This document shows positions 1 through 9,372 of a stretch of DNA of 64,000 bases, in pieces. The DNA comes from Ignavibacteriota bacterium. GTDB lineage: Bacteria; Bacteroidota; Ignavibacteria; UBA10030; UBA6906. The DNA is taken from the NCBI GenBank assembly GCA_963801355.1, contig CAWDEM010000008.1, positions 2,336,001-2,400,000 on the forward strand. The letters run 5' to 3'. How positions within the stretch are numbered: the stretch's first letter is position 1; each line of letters opens with the position of its first letter. The notes beneath the pieces were generated by a model that was not told the origin of the DNA, did no database searches, and was given only the letters and a program-made list of their open reading frames with translations. The position numbers and the translations under genes are program-made.

Positions 1-1
1 A

Positions 2-541
2 TTTGTCGACGAAGCCATCACCTCCTCGGCGTTCTGCTGCGATCTGAAGGCCTGCAAAGGGGCATGCTGTTGCCTGGAGGGCGGGCGAGGGGCGCCGTTG
101 ACCGACGAGGAAGTGCCTCTCGTGGCCGCCGCGTTTCCGTCTGCAAAGGAGTACCTGGACAGACGAAGCCTGGAAGTCATCGCCCGTGAAGGTCTCGTGG
201 AAGGTTGGGCGGGAGGCTTCGCCACACCGTGCATCGATCACCGGGAATGCGTGTTTGTGTACTTTGATGACGGCATTGCCAAATGTGCCTTCGAACGCGC
301 GTATGTGGAGGGCAGGACCACCTGGCGTAAGCCCCTTTCCTGCCATCTGTTCCCTGTCCGGGTCGGGCGGTTCGGGCAACGGTATCTCCGGTATGAACAG
401 ATGCTGGAATGCCGGCCGGCACGTGAACACGGCGCGGCAATGAATATTTCACTCATGGATTTCCTGAAGGAATCACTCACCCGTGCGTTTGGAGAATCCT
501 GGTATGTGCAGTTGCGCGACCGGTGCACCGGCCGGACCTGA
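2..541 (+). CDS. DUF3109 family Cys-rich protein (5'-truncated by window edge)
   Basis: The frame of ORF 98..541 stays open back to base 2 (FVDEAITSSAFCCDLKACKGACCCLEGGRGAPL). The CDLxxCKGxCC, GAPL, CVF, KCA and KPLSCHLFP motifs are typical of DUF3109. Confidence 0.8.
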   Translation, partial: FVDEAITSSAFCCDLKACKGACCCLEGGRGAPLTDEEVPLVAAAFPSAKEYLDRRSLEVIAREGLVEGWAGGFATPCIDHRECVFVYFDDGIAKCAFERAYVEGRTTWRKPLSCHLFPVRVGRFGQRYLRYEQMLECRPAREHGAAMNISLMDFLKESLTRAFGESWYVQLRDRCTGRT

Positions 542-550
542 AGCATCCTT

Positions 551-2011
551 ATGCTGAACATCTCCCTTCAACATAGGATGATGATGAAGCTGTCGCCTCA
601 ACAGGTACAATACCTGAAGATGCTTCAGCTTCCCACGCTCGCGCTTGAACAAAAGATCAAGGCCGAACTTGAAATGAACCCCCTCCTCGAAGAGGGGTAC
701 GACGAAGAACAGGAAGCTGCAACAGAACAGGAAGAACCTGAGAAGGAAGAGGTTTCGGAGGCGGAGGCCGCCAAAGCCGAAGAGGATCACACGCCGGACG
801 AGGACGAGAAGTACTCCATCGAAGACTACATGAACGACGACAACTCCGGCTACAAGGCCCGCGAGCCGTTCGATGCCGAGGAGAAGGACGAATTCCCTGT
901 CGCCGACACCCTGCCGCTGTATCACCGCCTCATGGAGCAGTTCAGCATGCTCGATCTCGATGATGAAGAGATCATGATCGGGCAGGAAATCATCGGCAAT
1001 GTGGACGAGGACGGCTATTTGCGCCGGGACATACCCGCGATAGTACAGGATCTCAACCTGACTCACGGAACCACTATTGCGGTCGAGAAGGCGGAGGCCG
1101 TCCTCAAGAAGATTCAGCGCCTGGATCCCGTGGGCATTGCTTCCCGGACGCTTCAGGAGTGTCTCATCATCCAGCTCGAAGTTGCCCCCGTCGATGCGGC
1201 ATCAAGGGCGCTCGCGCACCGGCTGTTGACGGAGTTCTACGACGATTTCACCATGCGCCACTTCGAGGAGCTCTCGAAGAAGCTCGGCATCAACCTGGAC
1301 GACCTCAAGAAGGTCATCGAGATAGTCCAGCATCTCAATCCCAAGCCGGGAGAGGGGGCATTCACCGCGCACGAAAACTATGTGGTGCCGGATTTCATTG
1401 TCACCAAGACGGAATCGGATTTCGTGATCACCCTGAATGACCGGAACATCCCCCCCCTCCGGATCAACAAGGCCTACCGGGATCTGATGTCCAAGCGGAA
1501 AAAGAACGGCGTCTCAACCGAGGCCAAGGATTTCATCCGCCAGCGCTTTGAGGCGGCAAAGTGGTTTATCAGTTCGATTCACCAGCGCCGCGAGACAATG
1601 TCCCGCGTCATGCGCACGATTGTCGAGAAACAGCACGACTTCTTCGAGACGGGGGAGGGACTCCGTCCGATGATCTACAAGGATATCGCCGAAGTCATCA
1701 GCATGGATATCTCGACCATCAGCCGTGTGGTGAACAGCAAATACGTCCAAACGGATTACGGCGTGTTTTCCCTCAGGCACTTCTTCAGCGACGCCATCAG
1801 CACCACCGGCGGTGAGGAAGTCTCCAACAAAGAAGTGAAGCGCAAACTGAAAACCATGATCGACGCCGAAGATCCGCTGCACCCGCTGAGCGATCACAAA
1901 CTGGCGCAGATGCTGAATGCGGACGGCCTGAATATCGCCCGCCGCACCGTGGCTAAATACCGGGAAGCCATGCTCATACCAGTCGCTCGCCTCCGTAGAA
2001 AACTTACCTGA
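551..2011 (+). CDS. rpoN: RNA polymerase sigma-54 factor
   Basis: N-terminal Gln/Leu-rich activator-interacting region, [17 protein letters not shown] helix-turn-helix and C-terminal RpoN box [10 protein letters not shown]. Confidence 0.98.
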   Translation: MLNISLQHRMMMKLSPQQVQYLKMLQLPTLALEQKIKAELEMNPLLEEGYDEEQEAATEQEEPEKEEVSEAEAAKAEEDHTPDEDEKYSIEDYMNDDNSGYKAREPFDAEEKDEFPVADTLPLYHRLMEQFSMLDLDDEEIMIGQEIIGNVDEDGYLRRDIPAIVQDLNLTHGTTIAVEKAEAVLKKIQRLDPVGIASRTLQECLIIQLEVAPVDAASRALAHRLLTEFYDDFTMRHFEELSKKLGINLDDLKKVIEIVQHLNPKPGEGAFTAHENYVVPDFIVTKTESDFVITLNDRNIPPLRINKAYRDLMSKRKKNGVSTEAKDFIRQRFEAAKWFISSIHQRRETMSRVMRTIVEKQHDFFETGEGLRPMIYKDIAEVISMDISTISRVVNSKYVQTDYGVFSLRHFFSDAISTTGGEEVSNKEVKRKLKTMIDAEDPLHPLSDHKLAQMLNADGLNIARRTVAKYREAMLIPVARLRRKLT

Positions 2012-2019
2012 AGGGCGCC

Positions 2020-2556
2020 ATGACCGACATTATCCGCTCCACGACAGTTCTGGGGCTCACCCACAACGGCGTTACTGCCATAGGCGCCGACGGGCAGGTG
2101 ACGATCGGCCAGACGGTCATGAAGCATAAGGCCCGGAAGATCCGCCGGCTGTACAACGACACCATTCTCGCGGGGTTCGCCGGAGCGGCGGCCGATGCAT
2201 TCACCCTGTTCACGAAATTCGATGACTACCTGGAGAAGCACCACGGCAATCTCCAGAGGTCCGCGGTAGAGCTGGCCCGCGAATGGCGCACGGACAAGTA
2301 TCTCCGCCAGCTTGAAGCACTGCTCGCCGTGCTCGACGGGTCCAACGCACTGGTGATTTCGGGCACCGGCGAGATTATCGAACCGGACGACGGCATCGTC
2401 GCCATCGGCTCGGGAGGCATGTATGCTCTCGCCGCAGCCCGCATGCTGGTCCGACACTCCTCCCTTCCCACCCCCGAGATTGTCCGCCAGGCATTGCTCG
2501 CCGCAGCCGACATTTGCATCTACACCAACACCAACATCATCATCGAAGAACTTTGA
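2020..2556 (+). CDS. hslV: ATP-dependent protease subunit HslV
   Basis: STTVL N-terminal Thr nucleophile, [27 protein letters not shown] and ICIYTN motifs. Confidence 0.97.
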   Translation: MTDIIRSTTVLGLTHNGVTAIGADGQVTIGQTVMKHKARKIRRLYNDTILAGFAGAAADAFTLFTKFDDYLEKHHGNLQRSAVELAREWRTDKYLRQLEALLAVLDGSNALVISGTGEIIEPDDGIVAIGSGGMYALAAARMLVRHSSLPTPEIVRQALLAAADICIYTNTNIIIEEL

Positions 2557-2582
2557 GCCGCGAACGCGGCACGGACGCTCCT

Positions 2583-3968
2583 ATGGTCGCACCAACGCCA
2601 GCTTCCACCGTACGGGAACTCACGCCGAGAGAAATCGTGCGCGAACTCGACCTGTACGTCATCGGACAGGACGCGGCGAAGAAATCGGTCGCCATCGCCC
2701 TCCGCAACCGCTGGCGCCGCCTGCAGGTTCCTCCCGGCCTCCGGGAGGAAATTATGCCCAATAACATTATCATGATCGGCCCGACCGGCGTGGGGAAGAC
2801 GGAAATCGCCCGCCGCCTCGCCCGTCTTGCCAATGCCCCCTTTATCAAGGTCGAAGCATCCAAATTTACAGAGGTCGGCTACGTGGGCCGCGATGTGGAA
2901 TCCATCATACGTGATCTCACCGAGTATGCTGTCAGCATGGTGAAAGCGGAACGGCGTGTCGACGTGGAAGACAAGGCGAAAGTCCTGGCCGAAGAGCGGA
3001 TGTTGGACCTTCTCCTTCCCGCACCACGGCGCCGCTCAGCCGAGACCACGGACGAAAAGCCCGGGGAGGAACCCGACGAGGCGTCGTCCACCCGCGAGCG
3101 CCTCCGGGAACGGCTGCGCGGCGGCCAGCTGGAGCAACGGTTGATCGAACTTGATGTTCCCGCCAGCAGCACCCCGCTGATGCAGGTGATCGGCCCGATG
3201 TCGCTGGATGATATGGGCATCAATCTCCAGGATATGTTCGGCGGCATGCTGCCCAAGAAGATGAAGCGTCGCAAGGTCACCGTCGCAGAAGCCCGCGTCA
3301 TCCTCGTGAACGAGGAAGCCCAGAAACTCATCGATCACGATGCCGCAGTCAAGGATGCGCTGCATCGGGTCGAGAACTCGGGCATCGTCTTCATTGATGA
3401 GATAGACAAGATTGCGGGAAAACAGAGTCACGCCGGCGGACCCGACGTCTCGCGCGAAGGGGTGCAACGTGACCTCCTCCCCATCGTGGAGGGATCCAAT
3501 GTTACCACCAAATACGGGACCGTGAAGACCGATCACATCCTCTTCATCGCTTCAGGCGCATTTCATGTCGCCAAGCCCTCGGATCTGATTCCGGAAATGC
3601 AGGGACGGTTTCCCATCAGGGTGGAACTTCACAGCCTCAGCGAAGAGGATTTCGTGAAGATTCTCACGGTGCCGCAGAACGCCCTCATCAAGCAGTATGC
3701 CGCCCTGCTGGAGACGGAAGGGGTGCATCTGGACTTCCGTGAGGATGGCATACGCGAGATTGCCCGCATCGCCAGCGAAGTGAACGAACAGGTGGAGAAC
3801 ATCGGAGCCCGGCGTCTCCACACCATCCTCACAACACTGCTGGAGGAGACACTGTACCTGGCTCCCGATGAACTTCCCGTTGCGACCGTGGTCATCGACC
3901 GCGAACGCGTTCAAACGCGCCTCGCCAGCATCGTCCGCAACAGGGATCTCTCAAAGTACATCCTCTGA
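2583..3968 (+). CDS. hslU: ATP-dependent protease ATPase subunit HslU
   Basis: LTPREIV, Walker [31 protein letters not shown] and ENIGARRL. Start moved to the ATG at 2583, downstream of the hslV stop. Confidence 0.97.
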   Translation: MVAPTPASTVRELTPREIVRELDLYVIGQDAAKKSVAIALRNRWRRLQVPPGLREEIMPNNIIMIGPTGVGKTEIARRLARLANAPFIKVEASKFTEVGYVGRDVESIIRDLTEYAVSMVKAERRVDVEDKAKVLAEERMLDLLLPAPRRRSAETTDEKPGEEPDEASSTRERLRERLRGGQLEQRLIELDVPASSTPLMQVIGPMSLDDMGINLQDMFGGMLPKKMKRRKVTVAEARVILVNEEAQKLIDHDAAVKDALHRVENSGIVFIDEIDKIAGKQSHAGGPDVSREGVQRDLLPIVEGSNVTTKYGTVKTDHILFIASGAFHVAKPSDLIPEMQGRFPIRVELHSLSEEDFVKILTVPQNALIKQYAALLETEGVHLDFREDGIREIARIASEVNEQVENIGARRLHTILTTLLEETLYLAPDELPVATVVIDRERVQTRLASIVRNRDLSKYIL

Positions 3969-3970
3969 CA

Positions 3971-4016
3971 GCCGATGGACAATTGTCCATAGTCAATTGA
4001 CTATTGTCCATCCGGC
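3971..4016. repeat. Heptamer-periodic nested palindrome between convergent genes (probable bidirectional hairpin)
   Basis: ATGGACA-ATTGTCC-ATAGTCA-ATTGACT-ATTGTCC. Two perfect 16-bp palindromes at 3975-3990 and 3989-4004. Confidence 0.7.
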
Positions 4017-4019
4017 CCT

Positions 4020-5420
4020 CTAGATTCCGATGCGCATGCCCATTGCAACCGCTCCATGATCGAGGGCGGCTTCCGAGAACAGAAAGTTGAGATGTTCGGA
4101 AGCAAGATCCAGATCGAACACGCCGAAGTGAAAGCCTATGCCCAGGGCGAAGCTGTAGCGATCCGGCCCGCCGAATGATACCCCCGACCGGAGAGGCAGA
4201 AACTCCCATGGCTTGAATTCCAGACCCATGGAGAGCCGTCCGGACTGCGGTCCGGCCGCCCCATCCACCAGACCGATGTTGAAGTCACAGGCGAACATCC
4301 ACTCACCCCAGAGAAACTCCCGGAGCCCGGGAACTTTGTGAAGTTCCACGGCGGCACCGACACGAAACATTGTGGTCAGCGGTGTGCTGAATGGCGTACC
4401 GGGAATGCGTTCGCCCGTGACGGCGTCCTCCAGCGAGTCGCGTTGGGTCTCTTCCAGGGGGTTGTCGACAGTGACGATCCCCGAAGACACGACCTGCTCG
4501 AGATTTCGCGTCCATTCAACAGAGCCGATATCGGTGATACTCACACCGGCCCGCAGGTAGCGGGTGATATCGGAGGCAATACCCAGATCAAGTCCCCATC
4601 CCGTGCCGGCCGGTGCCGGAAAGGGCTGATAAGCGGCGCCCGTCCCGCCGCGGATGGGATCGATCCCCGCCATCCGGCCGCCGAAATCCATGGTGCCATG
4701 CAGTATGCCGTCCAATCCCGTGGTGAATCGGGTATTCGCCCGTTCAATCTCAAAACACCCGAAACCGTGGATCACCTTCACGGCAACTCCCGCGGAAAGG
4801 GAACGCACAAACACGGGGGTCGGCAACTCCCGCGCGTACGTGAGAGCGTATTCGCGCAACCACATCACCTGTGCCGATGTCTGACTAAAATCGTACGAAG
4901 ATCCCGGCGGATTGCCATAGAGCAGGAATTCCGCGAAGTCCTGCGGGATCATGAAATTCATCGACCCGTACTCGGTGATCGTGAATGCGAGGTTGCCGTA
5001 CTCGTGAAGTTGCACGAGCACGCCGATGGGACGAGCCTCCAGGTGCGCGGATCCCCGGCCGAGGCCGTCCGGAAACGATGCCAGCAACGTGCGTTTGTCC
5101 GCGTCGGTGAGCAAGCGCCCTATGCGGCCGCCCGACTCCTTTTCTCCGGTGAAATACTCCTCATAGAGATCGTACGTCATGAAGTCGATGCCGAATTGTG
5201 CCCCGAATGGCATGAGGCCGACGGTCACCGTGCCGCGGCCCGGCACGGCCAGGTTGGCGGGGTTGAGTCCGACGGCATCCAGGCCCCGGGACGACCCGAC
5301 GAATGTCCTCGCCATTCCCATCCCCTGAATATTCGTCCATTCCCCCGCCGCAACGGCACTTTCAACCCGCAGGGCCACTGCTACGGACACGAGCGTCACC
5401 GCACCTATCCACCTGTTCAT
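4020..5420 (-). CDS. Outer-membrane beta-barrel protein, DUF5723/FadL-PorV-like
   Basis: Signal peptide MNRWIG...VAA, N-terminal GMGxA...NPANLA signature, GWGLDLG strand and amphipathic C-terminal strands. The ATG at 5420 overlaps the upstream stop (ATGA). Confidence 0.7.
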   Translation of the reverse strand: MNRWIGAVTLVSVAVALRVESAVAAGEWTNIQGMGMARTFVGSSRGLDAVGLNPANLAVPGRGTVTVGLMPFGAQFGIDFMTYDLYEEYFTGEKESGGRIGRLLTDADKRTLLASFPDGLGRGSAHLEARPIGVLVQLHEYGNLAFTITEYGSMNFMIPQDFAEFLLYGNPPGSSYDFSQTSAQVMWLREYALTYARELPTPVFVRSLSAGVAVKVIHGFGCFEIERANTRFTTGLDGILHGTMDFGGRMAGIDPIRGGTGAAYQPFPAPAGTGWGLDLGIASDITRYLRAGVSITDIGSVEWTRNLEQVVSSGIVTVDNPLEETQRDSLEDAVTGERIPGTPFSTPLTTMFRVGAAVELHKVPGLREFLWGEWMFACDFNIGLVDGAAGPQSGRLSMGLEFKPWEFLPLRSGVSFGGPDRYSFALGIGFHFGVFDLDLASEHLNFLFSEAALDHGAVAMGMRIGI

Positions 5421-7462
5421 GGATTCACCCTGTAGGAAAATTCCGACCACACACGCACACGCACCTTGTCCGTCGTGCGGAAGTTCACTGCATCGACCCC
5501 TGGAGTGGCGACACCCATGCTCATGTGCACGTATACTGCACTGTTGAACCGGGACACCTCCGTTTTGTCAAGCGTTATGATGCGGGTCGAATGCGCGGGC
5601 GTCTGCACGTCCCCGTTCGTCACCATCGCCGCGCCGATTTCCATGGAATCCCCGACGCTCTGCGGAATCGTCAGCAGCGGATGGCGTCCGTTGTCGAGCA
5701 ATACCAACTTCATCTTCACACCCATCGGGAGACCATTGTCGATCTCCAGATGTACCTTTCCGGAGTTGACCTCATTCAGGGTCTCCGGGTCGATCAGATA
5801 GTCGGCGTTGCCGTCGCCGGTCGTGTCGCCCATGACCAGCGTGTCTGCAAACCACCCGTCGACAATGCGCAGGGTCATCGGGAGCGACAAATCGACATCG
5901 CCCCCGAAATAGCCATGTCGTCCTATACGTGCGGTCATCGTCGTGTCATGGTCCGGATTCAGCACGACCATGCCGACGATCCGCAGGGAATCAGGCAGGT
6001 CGCCGGACGCCCGTGAAAGGAAATTCCCGACATCACCGGGGGAGAAGTCGATGACACTGAGTCCCAGGTTCCCCTTGGTTACCGGGACCGGCAGGGTGGT
6101 GACACTCCCATTCCGGTCTTTGGATTCTATCCTCAGATTCAATTCCATGGGAAGCACGATGGACGTGCGCGGGGTGAAGCGCATCGCCGCCCCCGGAATG
6201 GTCAGGGCCCCTCCAAACTTGGTCGTGAGATCCCCGAGATTAAGACCGATCATCTGATCGACGGCAATCGCGGTCGGACTGAGGACGGCCACAGCACTAT
6301 CGGCAACAACGATCGACGATGCGACCTTCGCCGAGACGTAGTCAGTGGAGTGTATGGACACAAAATTCCCTGCTGACCCCACAGTAGTGGCGGACACATC
6401 TGCGGTCAGCGATCGCACAAATCCATTTCCGGGATCATGGAGATGGAAGTGCGCAAGATCAACGGCGATATCCTGCGAATCATGCGGGGCAAGCGGAATC
6501 GTCCTCTCGTAGGGCTGGCCGGACTGTGTCAGGAGTTCCGCCACCCGGAGACGAACCGTGGACGGAAGATTCACAGTGCTGACAATGTGGAAGTTCAATA
6601 TGCCGCGGTTGATCCATACGTCTTTGGCAAGTGTTTTTGAATCGAAGGGAATCGTACAGGTGGTGTCAATGCGCTGGGCATCGATGTTCGAGACATTCGC
6701 TGACAGAGCGATCAGGTTCTCGGCCGACAGGGTCACGATGAGCATAGGATCGGGTATCGTGACCGGCGACGTGCCGCTCCCCGGGCTCGAGATGCGCATG
6801 CCCTGTACACGGAGTCTGTGCCTCACGAGGATGCCTCCGAGGTCGGTTCCGGCGGAGCGTTCCCCGCCCGCGCTGATGGGCGCCGCGCCAAAATCCAGAA
6901 CTCCGATTGTTCCGCCCTCCTCATCCACGATCGTGATCGGCTCTTCAATCACGATTGCGACCGGCATGCGATTCTGTATCCGCATGGTCACCCGCCCGCT
7001 CTGGAGCATCGCGTAGTCAATGAAGGGAACATCCCCGCTTACCGCCGGCATGTTCATCGGCGGGACCGGGGGGACAATCGTTGTCTGACCCGGGGTAAAC
7101 CCCGGGATGTTGACCGACAGCTCAAACGGTTGACTCTTAATGGAGAACGGGCCCAACTCCGAGGCGAATGATGAATTGATGGGATCGAGTGCTATGCGAT
7201 CACCGACGAAGGTCAGTGGGGCCTGCGCCGAGGTCTTGAGCATCAACTGCGTGGTGCCGGGCACGACCTGGAGGAGATCCGGATCCTTTTCTGCTATCTC
7301 CGCAAGGGCGTATGATCGGTTGGCAATCGGGGCCGTGAGATCGACATCCCACCGAGGCATCACGGGATCCACCGGCTTGTCAAAGCATTGAAACGCACCT
7401 GCCGCGAGCGCAAAGGCCAGCACACGCACCGCGGCGGCGATGGATTTGTCCCGGTTCACCAT
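5417..7462 (-). CDS. Uncharacterised beta-rich lipoprotein with internal repeats
   Basis: 681-aa ORF with GAGGAGAGG RBS, hydrophobic signal ending AGAFQ-C26 and four recurring beta-strand/LP motifs. Confidence 0.7.
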   Translation of the reverse strand: MVNRDKSIAAAVRVLAFALAAGAFQCFDKPVDPVMPRWDVDLTAPIANRSYALAEIAEKDPDLLQVVPGTTQLMLKTSAQAPLTFVGDRIALDPINSSFASELGPFSIKSQPFELSVNIPGFTPGQTTIVPPVPPMNMPAVSGDVPFIDYAMLQSGRVTMRIQNRMPVAIVIEEPITIVDEEGGTIGVLDFGAAPISAGGERSAGTDLGGILVRHRLRVQGMRISSPGSGTSPVTIPDPMLIVTLSAENLIALSANVSNIDAQRIDTTCTIPFDSKTLAKDVWINRGILNFHIVSTVNLPSTVRLRVAELLTQSGQPYERTIPLAPHDSQDIAVDLAHFHLHDPGNGFVRSLTADVSATTVGSAGNFVSIHSTDYVSAKVASSIVVADSAVAVLSPTAIAVDQMIGLNLGDLTTKFGGALTIPGAAMRFTPRTSIVLPMELNLRIESKDRNGSVTTLPVPVTKGNLGLSVIDFSPGDVGNFLSRASGDLPDSLRIVGMVVLNPDHDTTMTARIGRHGYFGGDVDLSLPMTLRIVDGWFADTLVMGDTTGDGNADYLIDPETLNEVNSGKVHLEIDNGLPMGVKMKLVLLDNGRHPLLTIPQSVGDSMEIGAAMVTNGDVQTPAHSTRIITLDKTEVSRFNSAVYVHMSMGVATPGVDAVNFRTTDKVRVRVWSEFSYRVNP

Positions 7463-7512
7463 GATCCTCTCCTCTCAGACGTCTCCGTTGTTGGCACACT
7501 GGGGCCTCGTTG

Positions 7513-7528
7513 TACAAAGCCGGTGCCA
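7513..7528 (-). promoter_or_regulatory. Candidate sigma54 (-24/-12) promoter
   Basis: Minus strand TGGCACCGGCTTTGTA compared with consensus TGGCACGNNNNTTGCW. Spacing is correct but the -12 C is T. It lies about 50 nt upstream of the ATG at 7462. Confidence 0.5.
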
Positions 7529-7720
7529 GCAGGAGCGTCCGCGTGGCGGGGGTCAGAAATAACCGTAATGTATTGAAATGTATTAGGTTAGAAGAGTGGT
7601 GGTGCTGGTATCGGAAGGCAAAATGACCACCCCGGATGCTCCCGGAGTGTTGATTCTACAATATCTTCACCACAAGAGGAAAGATGTCTGTGCGTCGCCG
7701 GAAAAGGGAGCGAACAGCGG

Positions 7721-8047
7721 TCAGTGGACTTTCTCGTCATTGATCGTCGGCTGAAATCCAAATCCCGTTGGTCCTTCCCCGTGGATCTTGATTTCACCGA
7801 ACTTCAGCTCGTATTTGGAAAGATTGTCGTCAAGCGCGCGGAGCAGGAGTTTGGCATGCTGTGCGGTCATGATGACGCGAGCATGAACGCGCGCCTTTGG
7901 AACGCCGGGCAGGACGCGCGTAAAATCTATGACGAACTCTGCAGGCGAGTGGGTAATGATTGCGAGATTGGAATAAATGCCTTCTGCTTCTTTTTCGCCA
8001 AGCTCGATATTGATTTGCTGCTGCTGGGGCACGGGGGCGTCACTCAT
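7721..8047 (-). CDS. DUF3467 family protein
   Basis: QINIEL...AEGIYSNLAIITHSPAEFVIDF...PGVPKARVHARVIMT. GAAGGAG RBS precedes the ATG at 8047. Confidence 0.9.
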   Translation of the reverse strand: MSDAPVPQQQQINIELGEKEAEGIYSNLAIITHSPAEFVIDFTRVLPGVPKARVHARVIMTAQHAKLLLRALDDNLSKYELKFGEIKIHGEGPTGFGFQPTINDEKVH

Positions 8048-8060
8048 CGGTCTCTCCTTC

Positions 8061-8094
8061 AAAAAAAAAGCCCCACCCTTTGGCGGGCAGGGCC
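8061..8094 (-). terminator. Intrinsic terminator after the TPR gene
   Basis: Minus strand GCCCTGCCC-gccaaa-GGGTGGGGC followed by T9. Confidence 0.75.
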
Positions 8095-8110
8095 TGTCGT
8101 CATCGTTTCG

Positions 8111-9286
8111 TTACTTGCCTTTGGTAAGGCGATCGTACTTCTCAAAAGCGGCCTTCGACTTCTCCACCATGTTCAGATTTGCATAGACCTTGCCAAGTTG
8201 CTGCAAGAGACCGAGATCATCAGCACGGTTTTCCTGTGCCTTCTCAAGGTACGGCACTGCTTCCTTGAACTTCTCCTTGTAGGACATATCCAACTTCACA
8301 TCCTTGCCCTTGTTCTTCAAGCGTTCCGCCTCGGCTTTCTTGTCTGATTCCGTCTTCATAACGACACCCCAGTTGAGATACGATACGCCGAGGTTGTAAA
8401 CAGCATCGCCGTAGGCCGGATCGATTTCCACTGCCTTCTTGAACTGCTCAATAGCTTCCGGAAAATTCTCCTGGTTCAGTAGGAATGTGCCATAGGCATA
8501 GCGGAAGATTTTGTTGTTCGGCTCCTTCTGGACCGCATTCTTCGTCAGGTCAAGAGCTTTTTCGGTGTTCTTCGCGCGCCCGTAAACATCAATCAGGTTG
8601 ATGATATTGTCCGCATTGTTGGGATTGGCCTTGTACGCCTTCTCAAACATCTGAGTCGCCAGCGCCAGTTCCGATTGCGCTCCAGCTTCATCCTTCGCAG
8701 TGGCGCGGTCCGTTGACATGTTGTAGTGCACCTGGCCCGCGAGACGGGCTGCCTCCTCAAAATCCGGGCTCAACTTGACTGCCCGCTCGAGATCCGTGAT
8801 GGCGGCCTTCAGATTTTGTTGTGCATAGTAAGCCAATGCACGAACGTAGTATGTCCCCGAACTGTCCGGCACCATGGCAATCGCCGTGCTGAAGCGATCC
8901 ACGGCTTTCTGGTAGTACTCGGCTGTGTCGCGGCCTTTGTTGTACAGGCCGACACCTTCGTTGTACATCATGGCCCAGATCGCCAGACGGTTGCGTGCGA
9001 TGTCTGGCTTGTGCACATCGCCAAGCTCGAGAGCGCGTGCGTACGCCTCGTTCATCTCGGCATATTTCTTGACCTCAAGGCGGACTTGCCCTAAAAGGAA
9101 CCAGGCCTCTTCATTTTTGTCGTTCTTGGCCAGTTCTTTCACGAGGCTTGCCTCGGCCTTGTCCCACTGTTTCTGATTCATGTACAGCTTCGCGCTTGTG
9201 GTCTCGGCCGAGCCGCACTGGAATCCGGTTGTGGACATATATACAAAGGCCAGCAGCAAAAGGCCCAACGGCAAATAGCGTTTCAT
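8111..9286 (-). CDS. Tetratricopeptide-repeat lipoprotein
   Basis: AAGGAG RBS, signal MKRYLPLGLLLLAF...GFQ-C24 and many TPR units (AWFLLGQV, YYVRALAY, AVYNLGVSY). Confidence 0.85.
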   Translation of the reverse strand: MKRYLPLGLLLLAFVYMSTTGFQCGSAETTSAKLYMNQKQWDKAEASLVKELAKNDKNEEAWFLLGQVRLEVKKYAEMNEAYARALELGDVHKPDIARNRLAIWAMMYNEGVGLYNKGRDTAEYYQKAVDRFSTAIAMVPDSSGTYYVRALAYYAQQNLKAAITDLERAVKLSPDFEEAARLAGQVHYNMSTDRATAKDEAGAQSELALATQMFEKAYKANPNNADNIINLIDVYGRAKNTEKALDLTKNAVQKEPNNKIFRYAYGTFLLNQENFPEAIEQFKKAVEIDPAYGDAVYNLGVSYLNWGVVMKTESDKKAEAERLKNKGKDVKLDMSYKEKFKEAVPYLEKAQENRADDLGLLQQLGKVYANLNMVEKSKAAFEKYDRLTKGK

Positions 9287-9330
9287 GAGAACTCCTTGAA
9301 TGGGGGAACACGAGAAAAGAGGATCGTATA

Positions 9331-9359
9331 AATATATTGAAAACGTGCCGCAGAAGCAA
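9331..9359 (-). promoter_or_regulatory. Sigma70-type promoter of the TPR gene
   Basis: TTGCTT-N17-TATATT on the minus strand. Confidence 0.6.
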
Positions 9360-9372
9360 CAAACGGGCGTCA

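Noticed and set aside
2020-2043. Short propeptide before the HslV catalytic Thr
   Set aside because: Short N-terminal propeptides are known in HslV and proteasome beta subunits, so this is not novel.
2514-2582. His-rich N-terminal extension of HslU ([12 protein letters not shown])
   Set aside because: It is an out-of-frame reading of the hslV 3' end. The ATG at 2583 gives a normal HslU start.
4338-5435. 365-aa plus-strand ORF
   Set aside because: Antisense shadow of the OMP gene with no recognisable motifs. Such ORFs are expected in GC-rich DNA.
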